Shown piece after piece: positions 1 through 9,676 of a stretch of 31,098 nt of DNA. The DNA is from Gammaproteobacteria bacterium. Its GTDB lineage: Bacteria > Pseudomonadota > Gammaproteobacteria > GCA-002705445 > GCA-002716945. Where the stretch lies: positions 1-31,098 of the forward strand of contig JBJKYD010000005.1 of the NCBI GenBank assembly GCA_045561295.1. Reading direction: 5' to 3'. The notes under the pieces were generated by a model, which ran no database searches, was not told the origin of the DNA, and saw nothing but the letters and a program-made list of their open reading frames with translations. Each line of letters starts with the position of its first letter. Within the stretch, counting starts at the first letter, position 1. The position numbers were made by a program, and so were the translations under genes.

Positions 1-1
1 A

Positions 2-1357
2 GGATCGGCATTAGATCAAACATGTAATATTGTTAATAATAAACCTCCAAGAATCAGTAACATATCAAGTCTCAATAATTATTTTAATTGTACACAAGAA
101 TTATTAAAAAATAATTTATTAAATGCTTATCATGATAGATCCGATGGCGGTTTAATAACAACACTTATTGAAATGGGTTTTGCATCGAATATGTCTATTA
201 AATTAAAAAAACAAAATCTTACTTCTATAGACATATATAAATTTTTATTTAATGAAGAACTAGGAGGTGTTTTTTCAGTTACCTCTAACAATAAAAATAA
301 ATTCATGAATATTCTTAAAAAGCATAAATTAATATCTTTATGTCGCGAACTTGGCTCGATAAAAAAAGAGGAAAATCCATCAATAGAAATAATTGATGCT
401 AATTATATTGAATCATTAAGCAACCTTAGAAAATATTGGAGCGAACTCTCATATCTTATACAATCTAAAAGAGATAATAAAAAAACTGCCTCAGAAGAAT
501 ACCAAGAAAAAATTAACTATCACAAAAATATACACAAACAGATAGAGCCAAAAGCTACTTATAGCTTTAAAGATAAGATTAAAAAACCTTTAATACATAA
601 AAGTAAACCTAAAATAGCAATCTTTAGAGAACAAGGTATAAATGGTCATAAAGAAATGTCAAATGCATTTAATCTAGCAGGCTTCGATAGTTTCGATATA
701 AATACTAATGATATTATTAGTAACCCTGAGATTCTTAATAGCTATAAAGGATTAGTTGCATGTGGAGGATTTTCATATGGCGATGTATTGGGTGCAGGTA
801 GAGGTTGGGCAAATAAAATAATCTATAATGAAAATGCATTTGATGCGTTATCTGAATTTTTTAATTCAAAAGATAAATTCACTCTTGGGGTATGTAATGG
901 TTGCCAGATGTTATCGAATTTAAAGGAAATAATACCTGGATCTTCCCATTGGCCAAAATTTATTCAAAATGATTCTAAGCAATTTGAAGCCAGACAAGTA
1001 CTTATTAATATTCCTAAATCTAACTCAATACTATTTAATGATATGCATGGCTCAATTATTCCTATTATTGTCTCTCATGGTGAGGGGAAGGTATTCAGTT
1101 CTAACACAAAAGACCTTAAGAAAATAACCATGACTTATGTTGACAACAAAGGTAAAAAAACTATGAAGTATCCATCAAATCCAAATGGATCTAGTGGTGG
1201 TGCTACAGGTTTTTGCAATAATGATGGTAGAATAAATATTATGATGCCCCATCCTGAACGACTTATGCATATTAATAACTTTTCATGGACACCTTCTAAA
1301 TGGAAAGTATCACCATGGTTGAAAATGTTTATTAATGCAAGAGAATGGATTAATTAA
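2..1357 (+). CDS. purL: Phosphoribosylformylglycinamidine synthase (large PurL), 5'-truncated by the window edge
   Basis: Frame is open from base 2 (GSALDQ...AYHDRSDGGL...), upstream of the ORF-track start at 173. Glutaminase-domain motifs: REQGING, GGFSYGDVLGAG, LGVCNGCQML, SHGEG, NPNGS, MMPHPER. Confidence 0.97.
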   Translation, partial: GSALDQTCNIVNNKPPRISNISSLNNYFNCTQELLKNNLLNAYHDRSDGGLITTLIEMGFASNMSIKLKKQNLTSIDIYKFLFNEELGGVFSVTSNNKNKFMNILKKHKLISLCRELGSIKKEENPSIEIIDANYIESLSNLRKYWSELSYLIQSKRDNKKTASEEYQEKINYHKNIHKQIEPKATYSFKDKIKKPLIHKSKPKIAIFREQGINGHKEMSNAFNLAGFDSFDINTNDIISNPEILNSYKGLVACGGFSYGDVLGAGRGWANKIIYNENAFDALSEFFNSKDKFTLGVCNGCQMLSNLKEIIPGSSHWPKFIQNDSKQFEARQVLINIPKSNSILFNDMHGSIIPIIVSHGEGKVFSSNTKDLKKITMTYVDNKGKKTMKYPSNPNGSSGGATGFCNNDGRINIMMPHPERLMHINNFSWTPSKWKVSPWLKMFINAREWIN

Positions 1358-2280
1358 TGTCTAAATATTGTCTTAAGGAAAATAATGTTACAGATGAAAA
1401 ACTTTTTCATCAAAGAAGAGCTATTATAAAATCATCAATTGCTTTCTCTTTACTAACATTTTCTAATCTAGTTTTTCCAAATACAAAATCATTATCATTT
1501 TCAAAAGACTTAAAATATAGCACTAACGAGCAGACAAACACGTTAAAACAAATTACTTCATATAATAACTTTTATGAATTAGGAAGTGGCAAACGTGATC
1601 CTATGATTAATGCTGATAAACTTAATACAAATAACTGGCAAGTAACTATCGATGGAGAGGTTGAAAATAAATTTACTCTAGATACAGATGACTTTACAAA
1701 AAAATTCCCTCTTGAAGAGAGAATATATCGATTAAGGTGTGTTGAAGCATGGTCAATGGTAGTCCCATGGATTGGATTCGAGTTAAATCACTTAATCAAA
1801 CTTGCAAAACCTACGTATAAAGCTAAATATATATCATTTGAATCTGTATATGATCCTGAAAATTTGCCTGGTCAAAAAAGAGATACACTTGCTTGGCCTT
1901 ATCGTGAAGGATTAAGACTTGATGAAGCAAGAAATCCCCTAACTATATTATCGGTAGGGTTGTATGGACGTGTGCTTCCGAATCAAAATGGAAGCCCCAT
2001 TAGACTAATTGTTCCTTGGAAATATGGTTTTAAAAGTATTAAATCTATCAAAAGAATTAGCTTTGTAGAAAATATGCCAGATACATCTTGGAATTTAGAA
2101 GCTCCAAAAGAATATGGATTTTATTCAAATGTTAATCCCTATGTTTCACATCCAAGATGGAGTCAAAAAAGAGAGAGAAGAATTGGGGAATTTAGAAAAA
2201 GAGAGACTCTTATGTATAACGGATATGCTGATAACGTAGCTCATTTATATGAAGGTATGGACTTAAAAAAATACTTTTGA
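1357..2280 (+). CDS. msrP: Periplasmic protein-methionine-sulfoxide reductase, molybdopterin catalytic subunit MsrP (YedY)
   Basis: Twin-Arg leader (QRRAIIK), YNNFYE, ERIYRLRCVEAWSMVVPWIGF (Mo-ligand Cys), WPYREGLRLDEA, PWKYGFKSIK, EYGFYSNVNP, HPRWSQ. The start overlaps the purL stop (TAATG). Confidence 0.96.
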   Translation: MSKYCLKENNVTDEKLFHQRRAIIKSSIAFSLLTFSNLVFPNTKSLSFSKDLKYSTNEQTNTLKQITSYNNFYELGSGKRDPMINADKLNTNNWQVTIDGEVENKFTLDTDDFTKKFPLEERIYRLRCVEAWSMVVPWIGFELNHLIKLAKPTYKAKYISFESVYDPENLPGQKRDTLAWPYREGLRLDEARNPLTILSVGLYGRVLPNQNGSPIRLIVPWKYGFKSIKSIKRISFVENMPDTSWNLEAPKEYGFYSNVNPYVSHPRWSQKRERRIGEFRKRETLMYNGYADNVAHLYEGMDLKKYF

Positions 2281-2284
2281 TATT

Positions 2285-2821
2285 GTGTTTATAACTCTCA
2301 TAACTCCACTAATTATTTTATTTTCATATGTATTATTTAATGATGAAATATTTAATAAATTTAGTTTCCTGATCACATCAACAGGTTATTTAGCAATTGT
2401 ATATTTGACTATTGTTTTAATAATTCCAATAATCAATTTTCAAAATGATTCTTTTAATACAAAAAATATAGGTGTTTCTGCATTCTATTTATCATTCTTA
2501 CATTTACTTCTTTATATATATGACAATAACTTTGAGCCTAGTTTTCTTTTTGAGGATCTTGTTTATCGAAACTATATTACTTCTGGTTATATAGCTTTTA
2601 TACTATTTCTGCCTATGTATTTAACTTCGTTTAGTTTCTTCAAAAATAAATTTTCTAATTGGAGAAAAATTCATAAAATAATTTATTTAATTTATATAAT
2701 TACTCTTGTACATATTTATTTTGTTATTAAAGCTGATTATTATTATTTATTTATTTTTATAATGTTATTCTCTATAACAGTTTTAGTTAAATTGTTTACA
2801 ATAAAAAAGAAATATGAATAG
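2285..2821 (+). CDS. msrQ: Heme-binding membrane subunit MsrQ (YedZ), ferric-reductase-like
   Basis: Hydrophobic 178-aa protein directly after msrP. TGY motif; heme His candidates in SFLHLLLY, WRKIHKIIY and LVHIYF; YLTS motif. GTG start. Confidence 0.88.
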   Translation: MFITLITPLIILFSYVLFNDEIFNKFSFLITSTGYLAIVYLTIVLIIPIINFQNDSFNTKNIGVSAFYLSFLHLLLYIYDNNFEPSFLFEDLVYRNYITSGYIAFILFLPMYLTSFSFFKNKFSNWRKIHKIIYLIYIITLVHIYFVIKADYYYLFIFIMLFSITVLVKLFTIKKKYE

Positions 2822-4540
2822 AAGAGAATTTTTACAAGTTATGGCAGCAGCATACGTTGCTGGTTTTACAAATAAATCTTTTTCTAAAAACACCACAAAT
2901 TACCAACATCCCTTTGATGCTGATATCCGCCTCCTTCATATAACTGATACCCATGCTCAATTAAATCCAACTTTTTTCCGTGAACCAAATATAAATTTAG
3001 GTACCGGTGGAAATAAAAATATTCCTCCACACATAGTAGGTGATAACTTCCTAAAATATTACTCACTGAATGGTGATTTTAACAAATATCTATATACCTA
3101 TGTTAATTTCAACGAACTTGCAGAACAATATGGGAAGTTTGGTGGATATGCTCATTTAAAAACTGTTGTTGATAATTTAAGAAAAGAATCAAATGGACAT
3201 TCTCTTCTACTAGATGGCGGTGATACTTGGCAAGGGTCTGCAGTTTCTTTGTTTGAGTCTGGCAAAGATATGGTAGAAGCATCAAATATATTAGGTGTGG
3301 ATGTTATGACAGGTCACTGGGAGTTTACCTTTGGAGAAGATCAGTTTATAAAAAATATTGATAACTTTAATGGTGAATTTGTTGCAAATAATGTTTTTCT
3401 CAATGATGAGGCTATCTTTAATGATATTCCTTCATATGATGACGAAAATCATTATCAGAAGCCATATACAATTAAGGAGGTCAACGGTAGACAAATAGCT
3501 ATAATAGGTCAGGCTTTCCCATATACACCAATAGCAAATCCCTCTAGGTATGTATCTAATCTTACCTTTGGTATTAGAGAGCAAGAGCTCCAAGAAACTA
3601 TAGATAAAGTAAAAGACCGGTATAAACCATCTTTAGTGGTTGTCCTGTCGCATAATGGAATAGATGTGGATAAAAAATTAGCAAGCAGAGTATCAGGGAT
3701 AGACATCATATTTGGTGGACATACCCATGATGCTGTTCCAAAACCAATAATTATTAAAAATAATAGCGGTAAGACACTAGTCGCAAATTCAGGCTGTAAC
3801 GGAAAGTTTCTTTCTTTTATAGATATAAAATTCTCAGGTAAATCATATACATATAAATATAATTTATTGCCTATATTATCTAATGAAATTGAACCAAACC
3901 GTAAAATGCAAGCTTTTATCAATAAGGTATCAAAGCCATATAATAAGCTATTATCTAAAACAATTGGATATGCAGACGATACTCTGTACCGTAGAAGCAA
4001 TTTTAATGGCACGTTTGATGACCTTTTATGTGACTCAATGAACGAAGTGTTGGATTCTGAAATATCGTTAAGCCCAGGATTTAGATGGGGGCCATCATTA
4101 ACGCCAAATCAGCCTATTACTATGTCAGATATATATAATCACACAGCTATCACATACCCAAATACTTATACTAGATATATGAGCGGTGAGACAATTAAAA
4201 ATATACTAGAAGATGTTGCAGATAATATATTCAATATAGATCCTTACCTTCAACAAGGTGGTGATATGGTTAGAACAAGAGGTATTAAATACAGTATTAA
4301 TCCTAGTGAGAAGATGAATAATCGGAATAGAAAAACTTGAGATTAAACAATGATATAGAAATAAAACCGAATAAAGAATATAGAGTTAGCGGCTGGGCAA
4401 GTGTTAATAATATTGAAGAAGGGAAGCCAATTTGGGACATTACCAAAGAATATTTAAAAGCTGTAGGTACATACAAAGTAGATCAATCCCATAAAATTAA
4501 AATAGTTAATGAAGATGGCAATATTGGTATTGAAACTTAG
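2814..4540 (+). CDS. soxB: Thiosulfohydrolase SoxB (5'-nucleotidase family), split by an apparent frameshift at about 4325-4336 (ORF pieces 2814..4340 and 4337..4540)
   Basis: Tat leader MNRREFLQ; LLHITDTHAQL, REPNINLG, LDGGDTWQGS, MTGHWEFT, IGQAFPYTPIANP, LSHNG, GGHTHD, LYRRSNFNGTFD, SPGFRWG, LEDVADNIFNIDPYLQQGGDMVR. The downstream piece carries the SoxB C-terminal YRVSGWASV...GKPIWD. Joined length is about 574 aa. Confidence 0.93.
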
Positions 4541-4566
4541 ACAATATTCATAGTTGGTGGTAAAAT
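4538..4566 (+). promoter_or_regulatory. Putative sigma70 promoter for the glyA-nrdR-rib operon
   Basis: TAGACA (4538-4543), 17-nt spacer, TAAAAT (4561-4566), preceded by an extended -10 TGn (TGG 4558-4560). Confidence 0.55.
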
Positions 4567-4599
4567 TTTCTTGCTGAATTAGATTAAATGGAGACTGAT

Positions 4600-5871
4600 A
4601 TGTTTACTATGGATATGAAAATTGCTGGATTTGATGATGAACTCAATGAAGCAATGAAAAAAGAGATAAAACGTCAAGAAGAGCACGTAGAACTTATAGC
4701 ATCTGAGAATTATGCAAGCCCTAGGGTCTTAGAGGCTCAAGGATCCCTAATGACTAATAAATATGCAGAAGGATATCCTGGTAAAAGATATTATGGAGGC
4801 TGTGAAAATGTCGATGTTGCAGAGCAGCTTGCCATAGACAGATTAAAAGAATTATACGGTGCAGATTACGCTAATGTTCAACCGCACTCTGGATCTCAAG
4901 CAAATGCAGCTGTTTATTTAGCATTATTGAAACCTGGTGATACCATTTTAGGTATGTCTCTTGATGCAGGCGGACATTTGACTCATGGAGCAAAAGTTAA
5001 CTTTTCAGGCAAAATATTCAATGCAGTCCAATATGGCATAAACGAGCAAGGACTTATTGACTACGATGAAGTTGAAAAACTTGCTAATGAACATAAGCCT
5101 AAAATGCTAATTGGTGGATTTTCTGCATATTCCCAAATTATTGACTGGGAAAGAATGGCTAAAATAGCTAAATCTGTAGGCGCATACTTTCATGTAGATA
5201 TGGCCCACGTATCGGGACTTGTCGCTGCAGGTGTATATCCAAATCCAGTGCCTCATGCGGATGTTGTAACATCAACTACACATAAAACATTGAGAGGACC
5301 TCGTGGTGGGATAATTATTTGTAAATCTAATCCAGATCTTGAAAAAAAATTCAATTCATTAGTATTTCCGGGAACTCAAGGTGGCCCTTTGATGCACGTA
5401 ATTGCTGCTAAAGCTGTAGCATTTAAAGAAGCGCTTGAACCTGAGTTTAAAGAATACATGCAACAAGTAGTAACAAACGCTAACGTATTAGCTCAAACTA
5501 TGATGGATAGAGGCTTTGAAGTTGTATCAGGCGGTACTAAGAATCATTTAATGTTAGTAAGTTTGGTTAAACAAGGTCTGACTGGGAAAGCTGCCGATGC
5601 TGCTTTGCACAGCGCTAACATTACTGTTAATAAAAACTCAGTGCCCAATGATCCGCAATCCCCATTTGTAACTAGCGGAATTAGACTTGGTACACCTGCG
5701 ATTACGACTCGTGGATTCAAGGAGAATGAGACTAAAATTTTAGGTAATTTAATATGTGATGTTCTAGATAACATGGACAATGAAGCTGAAATTAAAAAAA
5801 TTAAAGAAAAAGTTCTTAATTTATGTTCACAATTTCCAGTTTATTCATCTAGTAAACAAGCAGTAGCCTAG
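4600..5871 (+). CDS. glyA: Serine hydroxymethyltransferase
   Basis: [56 protein letters not shown] (PLP lysine), [17 protein letters not shown] 4600 preferred over 4588 because GGAG lies at 4590-4593. Confidence 0.98.
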   Translation: MFTMDMKIAGFDDELNEAMKKEIKRQEEHVELIASENYASPRVLEAQGSLMTNKYAEGYPGKRYYGGCENVDVAEQLAIDRLKELYGADYANVQPHSGSQANAAVYLALLKPGDTILGMSLDAGGHLTHGAKVNFSGKIFNAVQYGINEQGLIDYDEVEKLANEHKPKMLIGGFSAYSQIIDWERMAKIAKSVGAYFHVDMAHVSGLVAAGVYPNPVPHADVVTSTTHKTLRGPRGGIIICKSNPDLEKKFNSLVFPGTQGGPLMHVIAAKAVAFKEALEPEFKEYMQQVVTNANVLAQTMMDRGFEVVSGGTKNHLMLVSLVKQGLTGKAADAALHSANITVNKNSVPNDPQSPFVTSGIRLGTPAITTRGFKENETKILGNLICDVLDNMDNEAEIKKIKEKVLNLCSQFPVYSSSKQAVA

Positions 5872-5879
5872 GAAATTAT

Positions 5880-6380
5880 ATGCGCTGCCCATTTTGTGGT
5901 TCAGCAGAAACGAAAGTCATAGACTCACGTTTTAACGAAGACTCTTTTTCTGTCAAAAGAAGAAGAGAGTGCATGTCCTGTGGGGCCAGATTTAACACTT
6001 TAGAGACATCGGAACTTAGTTATCCTAGGGTAATTAAAACTGATGGCTCTAGTGAAATTTTCAATGAAACCAAAGTTCGAAGGGGCGTTAACCGTGCATT
6101 CGAAAAAAGAAAAATTACTACAGATCAAATAGATGAACTATTACAAAAAGTTCTTACTAAATGTTCTCAGTATCCTAGTAAAGAAATACCATCATCCGCT
6201 ATAGGCGAGGCAATAATGAGTGAAATTATATTAGTCGATCAAGTAGCTTACCTTAGATTTGCATCAGTATATCTTAGATTTGATAATGTTAATTCGTTTA
6301 CTAAAATAATAGAAAATCTAGAAAAACAACCCTCGCCGAGAATGATTAAAAATCAAAAAAAGATAAATATTGATGAATAA
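5880..6380 (+). CDS. nrdR: Transcriptional repressor NrdR
   Basis: MRCPFC...VIDSR...RRREC..C..RF zinc ribbon, ATP-cone, DQVAYLRFASVY; canonical position before ribD. Confidence 0.97.
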   Translation: MRCPFCGSAETKVIDSRFNEDSFSVKRRRECMSCGARFNTLETSELSYPRVIKTDGSSEIFNETKVRRGVNRAFEKRKITTDQIDELLQKVLTKCSQYPSKEIPSSAIGEAIMSEIILVDQVAYLRFASVYLRFDNVNSFTKIIENLEKQPSPRMIKNQKKINIDE

Positions 6381-7476
6381 TTCTAATGACATCAAGTTCA
6401 TGCAAATTGCTATAGAGCAAGCAAAAAAGGGAAGATATAATACACACCCTAATCCTCTAGTAGGAGCTGTTATAGTAAAAAATGATAAAATTTTAAGTAA
6501 GGGTTATCACAAAAAATTTAGAGACAAACATGCTGAACAAGATGCCATAGATAAGTCAAAAGAGACACTCAAGGGAGCTACGTTGTATGTAACTCTTGAG
6601 CCATGTCATCACCATGGTAATACACCGCCTTGTGTTGATGCCATAATTAAAAATAGATTCTCTCGTGTTGTTATAGCAACAAAGGATCCAAACCCACTTG
6701 TAAATGAAAAAAGTATCAGTAAGTTACGAGACAACGGTATAGAGGTAGAAACAGGGGTCTGTGAAGACGATGCAAAGGAACTAAATAAACCATTCTTTCA
6801 TAAATATAAATCTTCTAAACCTTACATAAGGCTAAAAGTAGGAGTAAGTATTGATGGAAAAATAGCCGATGAAAAAAAAGAGAGCAAATGGATTACATCA
6901 ACTGAATCAAGAAAATTTGTTCAAGAATTAAGAGCTGAGGTAAATGCTATAGTTACGACAAGTAGTACTGTTATCAGTGATAATCCACAGATGAATGTTA
7001 GGGAAAGTTCTGTTCTAAAAAAAATTAATAATCAGCCTGCAGTAATTATCCTTGATTCAAAACTGAGGATTCCGATATCATCTAATATATTTAAAACAAA
7101 TCGCCTAATTATTATTTTAGCTGATATAAGATATGCTACTAATGCGCCATTACGTATTTATAACAATAATGTTGTAATTAAATATGTAGAGACAAAAGAT
7201 GGAAAAATTCAGCTAAAAGATATTTATATGATTGCGAAAACATATCATCTTGATGACTTGCTTATAGAATCTGGAAGCACTTTTTCTAATACTCTATTGA
7301 GTGCGAATGAAGTTGACGAATTGATTTATTTTGTTGCCCCAAAAATACTTGGTAATAAAGGGCTAACTTTTTCTGGTATTAAACCAATAAATAAGCTTAA
7401 AGATAAAAAAACTTTTATGATAAAAAATATTAAGTCATTCAATAACGATTTATATATAAATATGAGAAGACATTAA
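6373..7476 (+). CDS. ribD: Bifunctional pyrimidine deaminase/reductase RibD
   Basis: PNPLVGAVIV, HAE, YVTLEPCHHHGNTPPC, SIDGKIA, SKWIT, DNPQMNVR, APKILG. ATG at 6373 (TTG at 6370 is an alternative). Confidence 0.96.
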   Translation: MNNSNDIKFMQIAIEQAKKGRYNTHPNPLVGAVIVKNDKILSKGYHKKFRDKHAEQDAIDKSKETLKGATLYVTLEPCHHHGNTPPCVDAIIKNRFSRVVIATKDPNPLVNEKSISKLRDNGIEVETGVCEDDAKELNKPFFHKYKSSKPYIRLKVGVSIDGKIADEKKESKWITSTESRKFVQELRAEVNAIVTTSSTVISDNPQMNVRESSVLKKINNQPAVIILDSKLRIPISSNIFKTNRLIIILADIRYATNAPLRIYNNNVVIKYVETKDGKIQLKDIYMIAKTYHLDDLLIESGSTFSNTLLSANEVDELIYFVAPKILGNKGLTFSGIKPINKLKDKKTFMIKNIKSFNNDLYINMRRH

Positions 7477-8063
7477 TGTTCACAGGAATTATAGAAAAAA
7501 TAGGGAAAGTACACTCCATTGATAGAAAAGGTGATTCATCTGTCATCGGTCTACAAATTAATGAAGTAGATTATTCTTTAGGTGATAGTATTTGTATAAA
7601 TGGGGTATGTTTAACTGTTGAAAAAATACATCAAGATATATACTCATTTAGTATCTCTCCCGAGACAAATAATCTGACAAATTTAAATCATTTAGAAAAG
7701 AATCATGAGGTAAATATTGAGACCTCGTTGACTATTAATAAATTAATAAGCGGACATATAGTTCAAGGACATGTTGATACTACCGCAGAAATAGTTGAGA
7801 TAGAACAACAGGATAATTCATGGTTCATTAGACTAAAGCTCAATAAAGATTTTTGTAAATACATTATTCATAAAGGCTCAATTACTTTAGATGGAGTAAG
7901 CCTAACTGTTAATGATGTAACTAATTCGGGGTTTAATGTTATGATTATCCCTCACACTTATCAAAACACTATATTTAGAACATATGAAATCGGAAGTATA
8001 GTAAATATTGAGATAGACATACTAGCAAAATATATTGAAAAATTAGGTAACAAAAATGATTAA
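7476..8063 (+). CDS. ribE: Riboflavin synthase (alpha chain)
   Basis: MFTGII N-terminus, GDSICINGVCLTV, GHIVQGHVD, KGSITLDGVSLTVN, IIPHT, VNIEID. Confidence 0.97.
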   Translation: MFTGIIEKIGKVHSIDRKGDSSVIGLQINEVDYSLGDSICINGVCLTVEKIHQDIYSFSISPETNNLTNLNHLEKNHEVNIETSLTINKLISGHIVQGHVDTTAEIVEIEQQDNSWFIRLKLNKDFCKYIIHKGSITLDGVSLTVNDVTNSGFNVMIIPHTYQNTIFRTYEIGSIVNIEIDILAKYIEKLGNKND

Positions 8064-9144
8064 TACGACTGACGAAATACTATTATCAATAAAAAATGGT
8101 GAAATGGTTATTATAATGGATGATGAAAATAGAGAAAATGAAGGTGATCTAGTGATGGCTTCTCAATTTGTTAAACCTTCAGATATCAATTTTATGGCTT
8201 CACAAGGAAGAGGTCTCATTTGTCTTACTCTAACAGAATCAAGATGCAAGACTTTAGGACTGTCGTTACTTAAGCAAAGTGGAAGTGAAACTTCTAAAGA
8301 AACAAATTTTACAGTATCCATAGATGCACTTAAAGGTGTAACTACCGGTATTTCAGCTTCTGATCGTGCTAAAACCATAAAAGCGGCAGTCAGAAAAAAT
8401 GCAAAGCCATCTGACTTTGCTCAACCTGGTCATATATTCCCAATAATGGCTAAAAATGGTGGAGTGCTTACGCGAGCAGGGCATACAGAAGCAGGGTGTG
8501 ATTTAGCAAAACTTGCTGGTTTAGAGCCGTCATCGGTAATTGTTGAAATTCTTAATGAAGATGGATCTATGGCAAGGAAAAAAGATTTAGTTGCATTTGC
8601 AGCGAAACATAAAATCAAAATTGGGACTATTGAGGATTTAATTAAATATAGAGTGTCTAATGAAAAGACAATCCAAAGGATTAGTCAGCAAATAATAAAG
8701 ACGAAATATGGATCATTCACCTCCGTATTTTATAAGGATATCCTTACTGAAAATGTACACTTTGTTCTTATTAAAAATAAGATATCACCTCAGAAAGTAA
8801 CACTTACTAGGGTACATGTGCAAAATACATTAACAGATACTATAGGCCTCATATCTCCAAGTAGTTGGCCTTTGGATGATGCTTTAAAAAAGATTAGTAA
8901 ATCTAAACAAGGAGCTTTGGTTTTTATAACAAATATAATGTGTGAATCTGATACATCTAATATTGAAGTTATGCAACAAAAAAAATCAAACAAGGGTATT
9001 TATGAAGATTATAGAACAGTGGGCATAGGTGCTCAAATTCTAAATGATATTGGTGTAAGAAAAATGAATTTAATGAGTGCTCCTAAAAAATATCATGGCA
9101 TTAATGCTTTTGGATTAGAAGTTGTAAAACATATAACTAAGTAA
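8056..9144 (+). CDS. ribBA: 3,4-dihydroxy-2-butanone-4-phosphate synthase fused to a degenerate GTP cyclohydrolase II-like domain (RibBX type)
   Basis: N-domain: DDENRENEGDL, GLICL, TTGISASDRA, PGHIFP, RAGHTEA. The C-domain keeps RVH and GIGAQIL but lacks the Zn-binding Cys cluster. Confidence 0.93.
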   Translation: MINTTDEILLSIKNGEMVIIMDDENRENEGDLVMASQFVKPSDINFMASQGRGLICLTLTESRCKTLGLSLLKQSGSETSKETNFTVSIDALKGVTTGISASDRAKTIKAAVRKNAKPSDFAQPGHIFPIMAKNGGVLTRAGHTEAGCDLAKLAGLEPSSVIVEILNEDGSMARKKDLVAFAAKHKIKIGTIEDLIKYRVSNEKTIQRISQQIIKTKYGSFTSVFYKDILTENVHFVLIKNKISPQKVTLTRVHVQNTLTDTIGLISPSSWPLDDALKKISKSKQGALVFITNIMCESDTSNIEVMQQKKSNKGIYEDYRTVGIGAQILNDIGVRKMNLMSAPKKYHGINAFGLEVVKHITK

Positions 9145-9148
9145 TCAT

Positions 9149-9676
9149 ATGACTAATATTGACAATAATTTAGATCTACTTATTTCTTTGAATACATCTC
9201 CAAGAAAATATGAGCTGATTGATCTTGATTTAAATAATAGAGAAATCACTAATCTCGATATCATAGTTCTTTATTCCAGTTATAACTTATCGATTAATGA
9301 AAGCTTACTTAATGGATATCTAAATGAGCTTGATACACTAAAATTTAATGGTAAAGTTGCTATAGTCAAGATTCCTGGTGGTGCTTTTGAGTTACCTGTT
9401 TTGTCATCTCGAATTATCAATAAATATAATCCAAAGATTACATTAGTTATTGGGTGTATAGTCAAAGGTGATACTAAACATTATGATTTTTTATCGACTA
9501 CTGTAACTAATGCCATAAGTGCTCTTTCTATTGAAACTGGTATTCCAATTTTAAATGGAGTGTTGACTGTTGAAAATAAACAACAAGCTGTTGATAGGGC
9601 TGGAGCGAAATTAGATAAAGGGTGTGAATATGCTAACGCGACCATACAAATATTAGATCTTCTAGAGAAATTATGA
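9149..9676 (+). CDS. ribH: 6,7-dimethyl-8-ribityllumazine synthase (divergent, N-terminally extended)
   Basis: PGGAFELP, GCIVKGDTKHYD, IPILNGVLTVEN..QAVDRAG, KG.EYA; lies between ribB and nusB. Confidence 0.92.
   Translation: MTNIDNNLDLLISLNTSPRKYELIDLDLNNREITNLDIIVLYSSYNLSINESLLNGYLNELDTLKFNGKVAIVKIPGGAFELPVLSSRIINKYNPKITLVIGCIVKGDTKHYDFLSTTVTNAISALSIETGIPILNGVLTVENKQQAVDRAGAKLDKGCEYANATIQILDLLEKL

Noticed and set aside
4329-4337. Programmed -1 ribosomal frameshift in soxB
   Set aside because: In-frame A AAA ACT does not allow tandem re-pairing, no obvious stimulator is present, and the -1 product aligns worse than the two-insertion repair.
4337-4540. 67-aa ORF as an independent small gene
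   Set aside because: It is the out-of-frame C-terminus of SoxB (YRVSGWASV, GKPIWD).
5872-6372. FMN riboswitch or other leader RNA for the rib genes
   Set aside because: There is no intergenic space; the rib genes are coupled to glyA-nrdR.
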